From Gemmatimonadales bacterium (GTDB lineage: Bacteria; Gemmatimonadota; Gemmatimonadetes; Gemmatimonadales; GWC2-71-9), in contig JBOHSN010000001.1 of NCBI GenBank assembly GCA_050733215.1, forward strand, positions 1,487 through 65,486: DNA of 64,000 nucleotides. Direction: 5' to 3'. The first letter of the stretch is position 1. Every line of letters starts with the position of its first letter. Both the position numbers and the translations under genes were made by a program. The notes below the pieces were generated by a model. The model saw only the letters and a program-made list of their open reading frames with translations. It was not told where the DNA came from and searched no databases. Positions 1 through 8,808 of the stretch are shown one piece after another.

Positions 1-365
1 GCGGCCGGCAGCGCGACAAGGTTCCACATCAGCGCGAACGTCCACCGGCTGGCGGCGGCGCTGCGGTTCGCGTCGCGGACGCGCCCGGCTGCCCAGTCCT
101 CGCGCCAGAGCCATGGCGACTCGGGATCCCCCTCCTCTCGCTGCTCGCGCCGGCGCCGCTCCCGCCGGCCGGCAACGATGGCCACGAACGCGCCGATGCC
201 CACGAACGCGAACACGAATCCGAAGAATGCGAGCGCCGTCGCGCCCGGCCGATCCCCGGCGGTGTATCTCGAGACGGCGATCACCGTCGCCCCGACCCCG
301 ATTCCGATGAACGGCAGGCAAACCAGCGCTCCGCAGCCGAACGCCGCCGCCGAGGTTGGCTTCAA
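1..365 (-). CDS. hypothetical membrane protein, N-terminal part only (gene runs off the left edge)
   Basis: Absent from the ORF track because no stop lies in the window. Manual minus-strand translation from TTG at 365..363 gives KPTSAAAFGCGALVCLPFIGIGVGATVIAVSRYTAGDRPGATALAFFGFVFAFVGIGAFVAIVAGRRERRRRE...WTFALMWNLVALPA, with two hydrophobic helices and no stops. The TTG overlaps the upstream rhodanese stop (TTGA). Confidence 0.5.
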   Translation of the reverse strand, partial: MKPTSAAAFGCGALVCLPFIGIGVGATVIAVSRYTAGDRPGATALAFFGFVFAFVGIGAFVAIVAGRRERRRREQREEGDPESPWLWREDWAAGRVRDANRSAAASRWTFALMWNLVALPA

Positions 366-1228
366 GGCGCGGCTCCGGTTTCGACCGGCGTGTCCGGCCG
401 GGCGCCCCACTCCGCCCAGCTTCCGTCGTACACCGCCACCCGGTCGTGCCCGAGGAGGTGGAGCGCCAAGACCACGCTGCATGCGCTGGTGCCGGACCCG
501 CAGCTGGCGACGACGGGTCGGCTGAGATCGACGCCGGCTGCGGTGAGCCGGGTGCGGAGCGCCGCGGGAGGGAGGACCGTCCCATCCGGCCCCACAAGAT
601 CACCGAAGGGGACGTTGCGGCTGCCCGGCATGTGGCCGCTCCGCACCCCCGGACGGAATTCGGGCTCGGATCCGTCGAAGCGTGCGGCGGGTCGGGTGTC
701 CACGACCTGCTCCCGTCCGCTGGCGAGGTTGGCCAGCATGTCGGGGAGGGTGCGCACCACATGCGCATCGAGCCGGGCGGTGTATCGGCCCCGGGGCGGG
801 GTCGGGACGCCGGCTTCGAGCGGGCGCTGCTCCGCTGTCCATTTGACCAGTCCGCCGTCCAGCAGGCTGACCCGCTCGTGCCCGAACACCCGGAACGTCC
901 ACCAGACGCGCGGCGCGCTTAGATTCACGCCCGATCCGTCGTATACCACGACCAGGTCGCCGTCGCTCAGCCCCAGCCCGCTCATTCGCTCCGCGAACGC
1001 ATCGGCCGGCGGCAGCATGTGCGGCAATTGCGTCGTGCGGTCGCTCGAGGCGTCGAGATCGAAAAAGACGGCCCCGGGAATGTGGCCGGCAGCAAACTCG
1101 GCGGCGGCGTCCCGGCCGCTGGTGGGCAGGTACCACGAGGCGTCCACGACCCGAACGTCGGCGCGGTCGAGATGCGCGCCGAGCCATGACGTGGAGACGA
1201 GCGCCGGATTGTCGTGCGGCATGTCCAA
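362..1228 (-). CDS. sseA: 3-mercaptopyruvate/thiosulfate sulfurtransferase (tandem rhodanese domains)
   Basis: 288-aa ORF. N-terminal LVSTSWLGAHL...VRVVDASWYLP and the active-site loop VASCGSGTSAC are typical of MST-type rhodaneses. Confidence 0.9.
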   Translation of the reverse strand: MDMPHDNPALVSTSWLGAHLDRADVRVVDASWYLPTSGRDAAAEFAAGHIPGAVFFDLDASSDRTTQLPHMLPPADAFAERMSGLGLSDGDLVVVYDGSGVNLSAPRVWWTFRVFGHERVSLLDGGLVKWTAEQRPLEAGVPTPPRGRYTARLDAHVVRTLPDMLANLASGREQVVDTRPAARFDGSEPEFRPGVRSGHMPGSRNVPFGDLVGPDGTVLPPAALRTRLTAAGVDLSRPVVASCGSGTSACSVVLALHLLGHDRVAVYDGSWAEWGARPDTPVETGAAP

Positions 1229-1262
1229 TTGTACTCCGCCGTTCGCGTCGCTTGGAGGGGTC

Positions 1263-2474
1263 TTGTCGTTCGAAACTCTGCTGGCCGCGGTCCAGGCCGC
1301 GGTGCCGATTCCCGAGCCGAGCGAGCTCGCCGTGCGCTATCACCGGACCGGCAACGGGCTCTGGATCCTGAACACGCTGATCGCCTTCGCGCTGCCGGCC
1401 GCGATCCTCGCGTTCGGCTGGTCGGCGCGCCTGCGCGATCTGGCGCGACGCATCGGCCGCGGCTGGCTCGGCACCCTCCTGGTCTACGTCGCGCTTTTCA
1501 TCCTGCTCGTGTCGGTGGTGACGTTGCCGCTCGACTGGTACGAGCAATACGTGCGCCAGCATGCCTACGGGCTGTCGAACCAGACGATCGGCAAATGGGC
1601 GTCGGATTCCGCGACGTCACTGGCGCTCGGGCTGGTGGTGGGGCCGTTGCTCGCGATCGTCCCGTACGGCCTCCTGCGGCGGAGCCCGCGCCGCTGGTGG
1701 CTCTGGGCCGGCCTGGCCGCGCTCCCGATCCTGGTCACTACCTTCATCGTGGTTCCGGTCTGGGTCTCGCCGCTTTACAACGACTTCGGCCCGCTGTCGG
1801 ACAAGGCCCTCGAGGCCCGGATCCTCGACCAGGCGTCCCGGGCCGGGATCGAAGGGAGCCGGGTGTACGAGGTAGACAAGAGCGTCGACACCAAGGCACT
1901 CAATGCCTACGTCGCGGGGTTCGGGACCACCAAGCGCATCGTCCTCTACGACACGCTGCTGGAGCAGCTGACCCCGGAAGAGATCCTGTTCGTGCTGGGA
2001 CACGAGATGGGGCACTACGCGCTCCGGCACGTGCTCGTGCTCGTGACGATGAACTGGCTGCTGGTGCTCTTCGCCCTTTGGGTCGTGCACCGATCGGCCG
2101 GCAGCCTCCTTCGCCGGTTCGGCGGTCGCTTCGGCTTTGACCGGCTCGACGATCCCGCCTCCGTCCCGCTGCTCCTGCTCCTCACGTCGCTGGTATCGTT
2201 CGTGATCCAGCCCCTGGCGCTGGCATTCTCGCGCTACCAGGAGCGCGAGGCGGACCGGTTCGGGCTCGAGATTACCCGGGACAACCGCGCGGCCGCGACC
2301 GCGTTCGTGAAGCTCCAGCAGGAAAACCTCACCGTGCCACGCCCGGCTCCGCTGTACACGTTCTGGCGGGCGGGCCACCCGAGTCTGGCGGAGCGGATCA
2401 CGTTCGCCAACGAGTACCGCCCGTGGGCTGCCGGTGCACCGCTCCGCTATGGCGATCGCTTCGCGGGCGACTGA
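1263..2474 (+). CDS. M48 family (Ste24/HtpX-like) zinc metallopeptidase, membrane-bound
   Basis: C-terminal two thirds of the 390..2474 ORF. It has multiple TM helices, then FVLGHEMGHYALRH (HExxH) and EREADRFGLE. The first 290 codons of the track ORF are antisense to the rhodanese gene. The likely start is TTG at 1263; the start is uncertain. Confidence 0.85.
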   Translation: MSFETLLAAVQAAVPIPEPSELAVRYHRTGNGLWILNTLIAFALPAAILAFGWSARLRDLARRIGRGWLGTLLVYVALFILLVSVVTLPLDWYEQYVRQHAYGLSNQTIGKWASDSATSLALGLVVGPLLAIVPYGLLRRSPRRWWLWAGLAALPILVTTFIVVPVWVSPLYNDFGPLSDKALEARILDQASRAGIEGSRVYEVDKSVDTKALNAYVAGFGTTKRIVLYDTLLEQLTPEEILFVLGHEMGHYALRHVLVLVTMNWLLVLFALWVVHRSAGSLLRRFGGRFGFDRLDDPASVPLLLLLTSLVSFVIQPLALAFSRYQEREADRFGLEITRDNRAAATAFVKLQQENLTVPRPAPLYTFWRAGHPSLAERITFANEYRPWAAGAPLRYGDRFAGD

Positions 2475-4350
2475 GCTCAGGGCGCGCGCCGCGCCCGGCC
2501 GAACGGCCCGGGTGGCGCTGCTGCTGCTCCAGGCGGGCGCCGTGGCGGCGGTGCTCGCCGCCGTGCCGTTCCCGCTGTTCGATCTCGATCGGCACGCGGT
2601 CCCGAAGGAGCTCGCGCTGCACCTGGCCGGCGCCGGATCCGCGGCGCTCCTGGTATCGCGCGCGCGGCGACTCTCGCTGTCGCTCGCCGACGCGCTGCTC
2701 GCCGTCTTCCTGTTGCTGTGCATCGTCTCCGCCCTGTTCGCCACCAACCACTGGCTCGCCGTCCGTTCGCTGGGCCTCACCGTCTCCGGGGTGCTCGTCT
2801 TCTGGGCCGCGCGGGGGATCCGCTCGGCCGGGCTGGCGCGCCAGCTGCTTTTCACGCTGGCGGCGGGCGTCGTGCTCGCGGCCATGACCGCTCTGCTTCA
2901 GGCTTACGGCGTCGAGTCGCCGCTCTTCGCAGAGCGACGGGCGCCCGGCGGGGCCTTCGGAAACCGGAACTTCATGGCGCACTTCGTGGCGCTCGGCCTG
3001 CCGGTGCTGTTGCTCGCGACGCTCGAGTCCCGGAGGCGGCGGGAGGCGTGGCTCCCGGCCGCGGGGGCGATCGTGCTCGGTGCGGCGCTGGTGCTCTCCC
3101 GCTCGCGCGCCGCGTGGCTCGGCGCGATCGCCGCGCTCGCCATCGTCGCGGTCGAAGGGCTGTGGTTGGGATTTCTCTGGCGCGACGTGACCAGCCGCCG
3201 CCGGATGCTGCAGTTCGCGCTCGGGATCGGCGTGGGCGGGGTGCTCGCGCTCGTGCTGCCCAACACGCTCGAGTGGCGGTCCGACTCGCCCTACCTGGAC
3301 TCGCTCAAGGACGTGGCCAACTACCGGGATGGGAGCGGCAAGGGGCGGCTGGTGCAGTACGCGAACACCCTGCGGATGGCCGCCGCCCATCCCGTGCTCG
3401 GCGTGGGACCGGGCAACTGGGCGGTCGCCTACCCCCGCTACACCACGCCGGGCGACCCCGCGTTCGACGCGGATGACTTCATCCCCACGAACCCGTGGCC
3501 CAGCAGCGACTGGATCGCGTCGGTCGCGGAGCGCGGCACTCTGGCGACGCTCGCGCTGGCCGGCGCGGCGGCCGCGCTCGCGATCGGGGCGTGGAGACGC
3601 TGGCGCATGGCGCCCGAGACCACCGAGGGTACGGAGAGCCTCACGCTCATCCTCCTCCTCGCCACGACCGCGGTGGTCGGGAGCTTCGACGCGGTGCTGC
3701 TCCTTCCCGCGCCGACGTTCTTCGTGTGGGCCGGACTCGGGCTCCTCGCCCGACCGCCGAGGCGTCCCGTCCTCGAGCTCGACCTCAACGGGCAGCGCGC
3801 CCGCCGGCTTGCGGCCGCCGTGGTCACGGCGGGGCTCGTGTTCTCGGCGCGGAGCGCGAGCCAGCTCGGCTCGATGGTGGCGTACGGTGATCCGGGGCGG
3901 GTGGCCGCCATGGAGCGTGCCGCGGCCATCGACCCCGGTAACTACCGGATCAGGATGCTGCTCGGCTACGTGTGGCGGAACCGGGGGCGCTGCGATCTCG
4001 CGCGGCGCCACGCCGAGGGGGCGCGGCGGCTGTTCCCCCACCATCCGGCGCCGAAGCAGCTCCTTGCTGTCTGCAGAAGGGCGATAACCACAAAGAGAGG
4101 AAGAACACGAAGGGCGCTGCGCGAGTGCGGAGATCGGGTCTCGCCCAGCGGCCTTGGTGTCCTTCCTCTCTTTGTGGTTCAACCGCCTGAGGACCGGATC
4201 CAACCGAGGAGCTTGGCCCGCAGCATCGGAAGCGGCAGCGCGCCGTCCTCCAGCACCCGGTCGTGGAACTCCCGGATATCGAACCGCTCTCCCAGCCGGC
4301 GCTCGGCCTCGGTGCGGAGCGCTCGAATCTCGAGGTTGCCCAGCAGGTAG
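2449..4350 (+). CDS. O-antigen ligase (Wzy_C/RfaL-like) family membrane protein with C-terminal TPR-like region
   Basis: About 10 TM helices. It has the RSRAAWLG motif region and a periplasmic loop typical of O-antigen ligase-like proteins. ATG at 2449. The last ~90 codons read through the 4086..4179 hairpin and antisense to the DUF885 gene, so they are probably not native. Confidence 0.75.
   Translation: MAIASRATELRARAAPGRTARVALLLLQAGAVAAVLAAVPFPLFDLDRHAVPKELALHLAGAGSAALLVSRARRLSLSLADALLAVFLLLCIVSALFATNHWLAVRSLGLTVSGVLVFWAARGIRSAGLARQLLFTLAAGVVLAAMTALLQAYGVESPLFAERRAPGGAFGNRNFMAHFVALGLPVLLLATLESRRRREAWLPAAGAIVLGAALVLSRSRAAWLGAIAALAIVAVEGLWLGFLWRDVTSRRRMLQFALGIGVGGVLALVLPNTLEWRSDSPYLDSLKDVANYRDGSGKGRLVQYANTLRMAAAHPVLGVGPGNWAVAYPRYTTPGDPAFDADDFIPTNPWPSSDWIASVAERGTLATLALAGAAAALAIGAWRRWRMAPETTEGTESLTLILLLATTAVVGSFDAVLLLPAPTFFVWAGLGLLARPPRRPVLELDLNGQRARRLAAAVVTAGLVFSARSASQLGSMVAYGDPGRVAAMERAAAIDPGNYRIRMLLGYVWRNRGRCDLARRHAEGARRLFPHHPAPKQLLAVCRRAITTKRGRTRRALRECGDRVSPSGLGVLPLFVVQPPEDRIQPRSLARSIGSGSAPSSSTRSWNSRISNRSPSRRSASVRSARISRLPSR
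4086..4179. repeat. long imperfect hairpin with purine-rich arms (AACCACAAAGAGAGGAAGAACACGAAGG / CCTTGGTGTCCTTCCTCTCTTTGTGGTT)
   Basis: 28-nt arms at 4086..4113 and 4152..4179 pair at 26 of 28 positions. The 38-nt loop has an inner GCGAG/CTCGC pairing. The right arm ends in the DUF885 stop codon (4179..4181). Confidence 0.85.
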
Positions 4351-5924
4351 GACGATCCCTGCCCGGGCACCGAGATGTACCGATCGATCTCGCCCTCCAC
4401 GATCGTCGGCGCGATCACGGTGTGCGCGGCGAGAAACTCCGCGGCCTGCTCCCGGGTCCAGCCCAGCGTATGAATGCCCGCATCGAGCACCAGCCGCGCC
4501 GCGCGCCAGGCCTGGCTCGCCAGGAGTCCCATGCGCCCGATATCCGAGCTGAACACATCCATCTCGCCCGCCACCGTCTCGGAGTACAGCGCCCACCCCT
4601 CCACGTAGCCCGAGTTCGAGAAGTAGCGCGCCAGCCGGTGCGACGCCCCCCGCTCCTGCGCGATGGTGACCTGGAAGTGATGGCCGGGAACGGCCTCGTG
4701 GAATGCGGTGCTCTCCAGCTTGGCGCGGCTCTGCTTTTCGGGCGCCCAGGTGTTGATCCAGAAAATGCCGGGTCGTGACCCGTCCTCCGCGGCCTGGTTG
4801 TACGACGGGACCGCGCCGGTGCGCTGCCGGAACTCCGGATACGGCTCGATGATGACCTTGGCCTTCGGCAACAGCCCGAACCAGCGCGGGACTACGGCCT
4901 CCGCCCGCGCCACGGCGGCGGCGGACGAGTCGATGATTTCCTGCCGGGTGCGGAAGGTGAGCGCGGGCTCGGTCTTGAGGCGCTGGAGGATGGCCGGCAC
5001 GTCGCCGGTCCCGAACGCCCGCCGGCCGAGCTCGCTCATCCCCCGCTCGATGGCGGCGAGCTCGCGCCGGCCGCGCTCGAAGATCGAATCGGCGGGGAGG
5101 TCGAGCGTCGTGTAGCGGAGCACGGAGGCGCGATAGCACGCACTCCCGTCCGGGTTCGGGGACACCGCGATCGATGCGCGGGCCTGGCGCAGGTACTCCT
5201 TCGCGAGAAAGTCGCGATACCGGCGGACGGCCGGATTGATCCGGTCGCGCACGATGGCCACGAACGCGCGCCGGAACTCGGGCGTCGAATCTCGCAGGGC
5301 GGGTGAAGCGAAGGGAGAGGAGTCGGGCGGCGTGGCGAGCAGCCCGTCGAGCTGGCGGATGACGCCTTCGACCACTGGCCTCGGCGCCACGTACCCCCGC
5401 CGAAGTCCGGTCCGGAGATTCGCAACGTCGGTCTCGATATAGCGTGGCAACTGGCGCCAGCGCCGGAGCGCCTGCGCCCGGTAGGCGGCCGTGCCGACCG
5501 GCTGCGAGCGCGCGAGCGACGGGTAGCCCGTCTGCCAGCCGCCCGAGGTGCTCAGCTGCCAGAGCTCGTACCGGCACACCCGCTGGGCCACCCGCCCCTC
5601 GAGCTCGGCGCGCAGAATGCCGTAGGTCGCCCAGTCCGGTCCGCCGGCCAGCGCGGCTCCGTCGATCCGGCGCGCCCGGGCCAGCCATCCGTCCTCGCGC
5701 CGGCGCCAGCGCTCGAGCGCGGCGAGCGAATTGTCGCGGATCCTGTCATGACGGGCGCCCGGGATGCCGTGGTCGGTGAACTCCTCGGGGTTCGCGGCGA
5801 AGAAGGCATCCACGTACTCGGTCGCGAGCGCCGCGACGGCGGACTCCTGGGCCCGAGCCCGTGGCGCCGGAGCGCACGTCACGAGGCCCCCGACCAGACC
5901 AATGGCGATCCACCAGCGCATCAA
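4179..5924 (-). CDS. DUF885 family protein (secreted, putative metallopeptidase-like)
   Basis: 581 aa with a signal peptide (MMRWWIAIGLVGGLVTCAPAPRARAQ) and the HEAVPGHHFQ motif characteristic of DUF885. Confidence 0.9.
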   Translation of the reverse strand: MMRWWIAIGLVGGLVTCAPAPRARAQESAVAALATEYVDAFFAANPEEFTDHGIPGARHDRIRDNSLAALERWRRREDGWLARARRIDGAALAGGPDWATYGILRAELEGRVAQRVCRYELWQLSTSGGWQTGYPSLARSQPVGTAAYRAQALRRWRQLPRYIETDVANLRTGLRRGYVAPRPVVEGVIRQLDGLLATPPDSSPFASPALRDSTPEFRRAFVAIVRDRINPAVRRYRDFLAKEYLRQARASIAVSPNPDGSACYRASVLRYTTLDLPADSIFERGRRELAAIERGMSELGRRAFGTGDVPAILQRLKTEPALTFRTRQEIIDSSAAAVARAEAVVPRWFGLLPKAKVIIEPYPEFRQRTGAVPSYNQAAEDGSRPGIFWINTWAPEKQSRAKLESTAFHEAVPGHHFQVTIAQERGASHRLARYFSNSGYVEGWALYSETVAGEMDVFSSDIGRMGLLASQAWRAARLVLDAGIHTLGWTREQAAEFLAAHTVIAPTIVEGEIDRYISVPGQGSSYLLGNLEIRALRTEAERRLGERFDIREFHDRVLEDGALPLPMLRAKLLGWIRSSGG

Positions 5925-6033
5925 TCCCCCCTCGACGGTTCAGCTCTTAACGCTTCCCTACCCCGTCCCGTCCTACCGTCCGGTCGCGACCACCCGCGTA
6001 CCAACACCGACACCGATGCAAGGAGTAGCACTC

Positions 6034-6915
6034 ATGAGCACGCTCATCCGATGGCGCGCCGCGACAGCAAGCACCCTCCTGCTCGGCCTCGCGGCGTGCA
6101 GCGACGAGGGCGCCGGCCCGTCCGGCGGCGCGCTGACCCAGGCGCAGGCGGAGTTCGCGGCCGAGGCGGTCACCGACGACGCGGACGCGCAGGGGGACAT
6201 CCTGTCTTCGGAGACCGTGGGCGACGCGAGCTTCAGCGTCGCGGCGTTCGCGCCTTTCGGCGCGCAATGCACGCCGCGGCCCACCGCGAGCCCGGCGCCG
6301 ACCGACCAGGACGGCGACATCGTCCCCGACTCGGTGCGATTCACGTTCGATCCGCCCTGCGTGCTCTCGCTGCCACTCCGCACGATCACCCGCTCCGGCA
6401 TCATCGATGTGGTGGATCCCACGCCGACCGATCTCGACTGGGCCCGGCGGGTGCGCTTCGTGGACTTTCTGACCACGCGCGAGCGCCTGGTCAGCGGCGC
6501 CATCGTGTCCGCGCTCCGGAACGGCGTGCGCGAGATCAACGGCAATCCGGACGCGCTGCAGCACGATGTGACCGGTTTCGTCACCGTGTTCACGCACGCC
6601 AACGGCTCCGTCACCACGCACACGCGCACCTGGTCGTCCGACTTCACCGCGGATACGCCGGGGAGCATCGCACGGAATCAGGCGCTCCCCAGCGGCACCT
6701 GGACCATCGGCGGGACGTCGACCTGGGCGCGGGAGAACGCCGTCTGGTCGGCGTCGGTCACGACCGACCAGGCCCTGCATTACGACGCGGGGTGCACGGA
6801 GGCCCCGCGCTTCGACGCCGGGGTGCTCACGCTCGTAGTAACCCGGGGGGGCAACGCGTCCACCGTGACGATCGAGTATGCCGGCTGTGGGGAATACGTA
6901 GTGACGAGAAGCTAG
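6034..6915 (+). CDS. hypothetical lipoprotein
   Basis: In-frame ATG at 6034 preceded by AGGAG (6021..6025). N-terminus MSTLIRWRAATASTLLLGLAAC has a lipobox (LAAC). No recognisable domain. Confidence 0.75.
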   Translation: MSTLIRWRAATASTLLLGLAACSDEGAGPSGGALTQAQAEFAAEAVTDDADAQGDILSSETVGDASFSVAAFAPFGAQCTPRPTASPAPTDQDGDIVPDSVRFTFDPPCVLSLPLRTITRSGIIDVVDPTPTDLDWARRVRFVDFLTTRERLVSGAIVSALRNGVREINGNPDALQHDVTGFVTVFTHANGSVTTHTRTWSSDFTADTPGSIARNQALPSGTWTIGGTSTWARENAVWSASVTTDQALHYDAGCTEAPRFDAGVLTLVVTRGGNASTVTIEYAGCGEYVVTRS

Positions 6916-7040
6916 CTATCCGCTATCGGCTGTCCGCTATCCGCTCGCTCGGCAGCCGCTCGGTTCGCGCAGCGGAGCGACGCGTGCATGCAGTCGCGGA
7001 TAGCGGATAGCGGATAGCGGATAGCCGATAGCCGATAGCG
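6916..7040. repeat. hairpin with heptad-repeat arms (TATCCGC units versus GCGGATA/GCCGATA units)
   Basis: Left arm has 4 heptads (6917..6944) and right arm 6 heptads (6996..7037). It sits exactly between two convergent stop codons (TAG 6913..6915 and CTA 7047..7049). Confidence 0.9.
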
Positions 7041-7046
7041 GAGAAG

Positions 7047-8630
7047 CTACCAACGTCGCGCAACCTCGCGCACCCACGCCACGTCGCCGTCCGCCTTGTG
7101 CCAGATGCGCCGGAGCTCGGCATGGGCGCGGGAGGCGGCTTCGCGGTCGCCGCTCATCGTGGCAGCGCGCGCGAGGCCGAGCAGCGAGAGCGCGCGCTTC
7201 GGGGCCAGCTGGAGCGAGCGCTCGAACTCACGCTGCGCCTCGCGCCCGTCGCCCAGGCCGAGCAGCACCTCGCCCAGGAGCTCGTGGGTCGGCTTCACGA
7301 TATCGGGCGGGCCGTACTCCAGCGGCAACGTGTCTTCCGCCGCCGTGGCCTCGCGCAGCATGGCCAGCGCTTCGTCCTTGTGGCCGTCGACGAGCACGAG
7401 CAGCGCGCGGAGTTCCTTGCTGAGAATGCCGGGGATCTGCGCATTGACCCCATACCGATCGGACGCCTGCGAGCCCTGTGATCGGCGCTCCAACTTGGCG
7501 AGCCAGTGGTCGGCGGCTGCGCGGTCGCTCCGGCCCAGTGCGGCAAACCCCAGGGCGAACGCGTCCATGGCCTGCGGGCCGGGCCCGACACCCGTCACGT
7601 CGAGCTCCCAACCGGCCACCGGGTCCGCCCAGCGCTCGGTGCTCACCAGATAGTGCGCTCGCATCGCCAGGAGGTACGCCTTCCGCGGGATCCGGGGCGG
7701 GGTGCCGAGATTCGGCCGCACGCCCTCGAGGTGCTGCCGCGCCTCGGTGAAGCGCCCCTGCTGCAGCAGCCCGTATCCGAGCCAGTGGGTGTAGTGCCCC
7801 GGCCCCCACTTGGTGCGGTCGCGCTCGATCCCGGTCGAGGCTACCTCGTTCGCCGCGACTGTTTCGTCCCACATGCCAAGGCCGAGAAAAATGTGGCTCG
7901 TCATGTGTTGGGCGTGGTCGGCGCCCGGCGCGATCTTCGAATACGCCCGCGCGGCGCGCAGTCCGAGCGGCGCGTGCTGGGCGTCGTCAAACGCGTGGAT
8001 CAGGTAGTGGGCGGCCCCGGGGTGCTGCGGGTTCGCCAGGAACACCTCCTGCGCGATCGCGCCAGCTCGCATGTAGGTCGGGACGTTCCGCACCGACTGG
8101 CTCAAACCCATCAGGGCGAGCGCGTGGAACGCCTGCGCCTCGTGGTCCTCCGGGTAGGCGGACGCGAGGCGCGCGAGGGCGGCGGCGTAGAGCGTGTCCC
8201 GCCGCGCCTTCTCGCCCTCCCCATAGAGGGTCTCGACCGTTTCGATCCACGCGCGCTCGCGGGCGGTGCGCGCCTTGGCCGCCCGCGCCTCCCGCACGGG
8301 CGCGAGCCGCGCCAGGATCGCGCGCGCCGTGTCGAGGTCCTGCTCGTTCCAGACCGGATGATTGTGGGTCATCGCCTCGCCCCAGTAGGCGAGCGCGAAC
8401 CCGGGATCGATCCGCTGCGCCTCGCGGAACGCGGCGGCCGCGTCCTCGTACTCGAAGCTGTGCAGCAGCAGCACGCCCTTCACGAACGCCGGTTGCGCCG
8501 CCTTGGCACCCGAGTTGGGGAAGGAGATCCGACCGAGCTTGCCCGACTGTGCCTGCAGTGGAGCGACGCCCGCCGCGACCGCGCAGCCGGCGAGCAGAAG
8601 CGCGCGAATGGCCATCCCGCAGAATGGCAC
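7047..8630 (-). CDS. secreted TPR-repeat protein
   Basis: 527-aa ORF with signal peptide MAIRALLLAGCAVAAGVAPLQAQ (alternative ATG at 8615). Helical TPR-like repeats run throughout (AAAAFREAQRIDPGFALAYWGEA..., GDGREAQREFERSLQLAPKRALSLLGLA). Confidence 0.8.
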   Translation of the reverse strand: MPFCGMAIRALLLAGCAVAAGVAPLQAQSGKLGRISFPNSGAKAAQPAFVKGVLLLHSFEYEDAAAAFREAQRIDPGFALAYWGEAMTHNHPVWNEQDLDTARAILARLAPVREARAAKARTARERAWIETVETLYGEGEKARRDTLYAAALARLASAYPEDHEAQAFHALALMGLSQSVRNVPTYMRAGAIAQEVFLANPQHPGAAHYLIHAFDDAQHAPLGLRAARAYSKIAPGADHAQHMTSHIFLGLGMWDETVAANEVASTGIERDRTKWGPGHYTHWLGYGLLQQGRFTEARQHLEGVRPNLGTPPRIPRKAYLLAMRAHYLVSTERWADPVAGWELDVTGVGPGPQAMDAFALGFAALGRSDRAAADHWLAKLERRSQGSQASDRYGVNAQIPGILSKELRALLVLVDGHKDEALAMLREATAAEDTLPLEYGPPDIVKPTHELLGEVLLGLGDGREAQREFERSLQLAPKRALSLLGLARAATMSGDREAASRAHAELRRIWHKADGDVAWVREVARRW

Positions 8631-8677
8631 CCGCCACCGCGCGAATCAAGTCTGGGGACCGGCAGCGACAACAGCGG

Positions 8678-8804
8678 TTCACACGGAGGCGCGGAGGACG
8701 CGGAGAACTGCCTTGGGTTGTGGTCTCACGCTCGGGCATCCGGATTATCGGTCATGAGACCACTTCAAGTGCAGTTCTCCGCGTCCTCCGCGCCTCCGTG
8801 TGAA
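8678..8804. repeat. nested long hairpin with a 34-bp perfect stem built of CGCGGAGG-like 8-mers
   Basis: TTCACACGGAGGCGCGGAGGACGCGGAGAACTGC (8678..8711) is the exact reverse complement of 8771..8804. There is an inner 9-bp stem, GTGGTCTCA (8720..8728) / TGAGACCAC (8755..8763). It lies between the egtA-like stop (8809) and the TPR gene start. Confidence 0.9.
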
Positions 8805-8808
8805 CACC

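Noticed and set aside
390-1262. N-terminal 290 codons of the 694-aa ORF 390..2474
   Set aside because: This part is antisense to the rhodanese gene and has shadow-like composition. M48 homology and TM helices begin only after ~1263.
2398-5688. 1096-aa ORF on the minus strand
   Set aside because: Its Arg/Gly/Pro/Ala-dominated, low-complexity translation has no motifs. It runs antisense or off-frame across three well-supported genes (M48 end, O-antigen ligase-like, DUF885). This is a typical high-GC shadow ORF.
6907-7049. 9-bp direct repeat GAGAAGCTA flanking the 6916..7040 hairpin, suggestive of a MITE target-site duplication
   Set aside because: A near-identical GAGAAAGCTA precedes the 50145 copy but has no partner on its other side. 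The 17197 copy has no flanking duplication. The motif therefore looks like part of some copies rather than a TSD, and there is no transposase to mobilise it.
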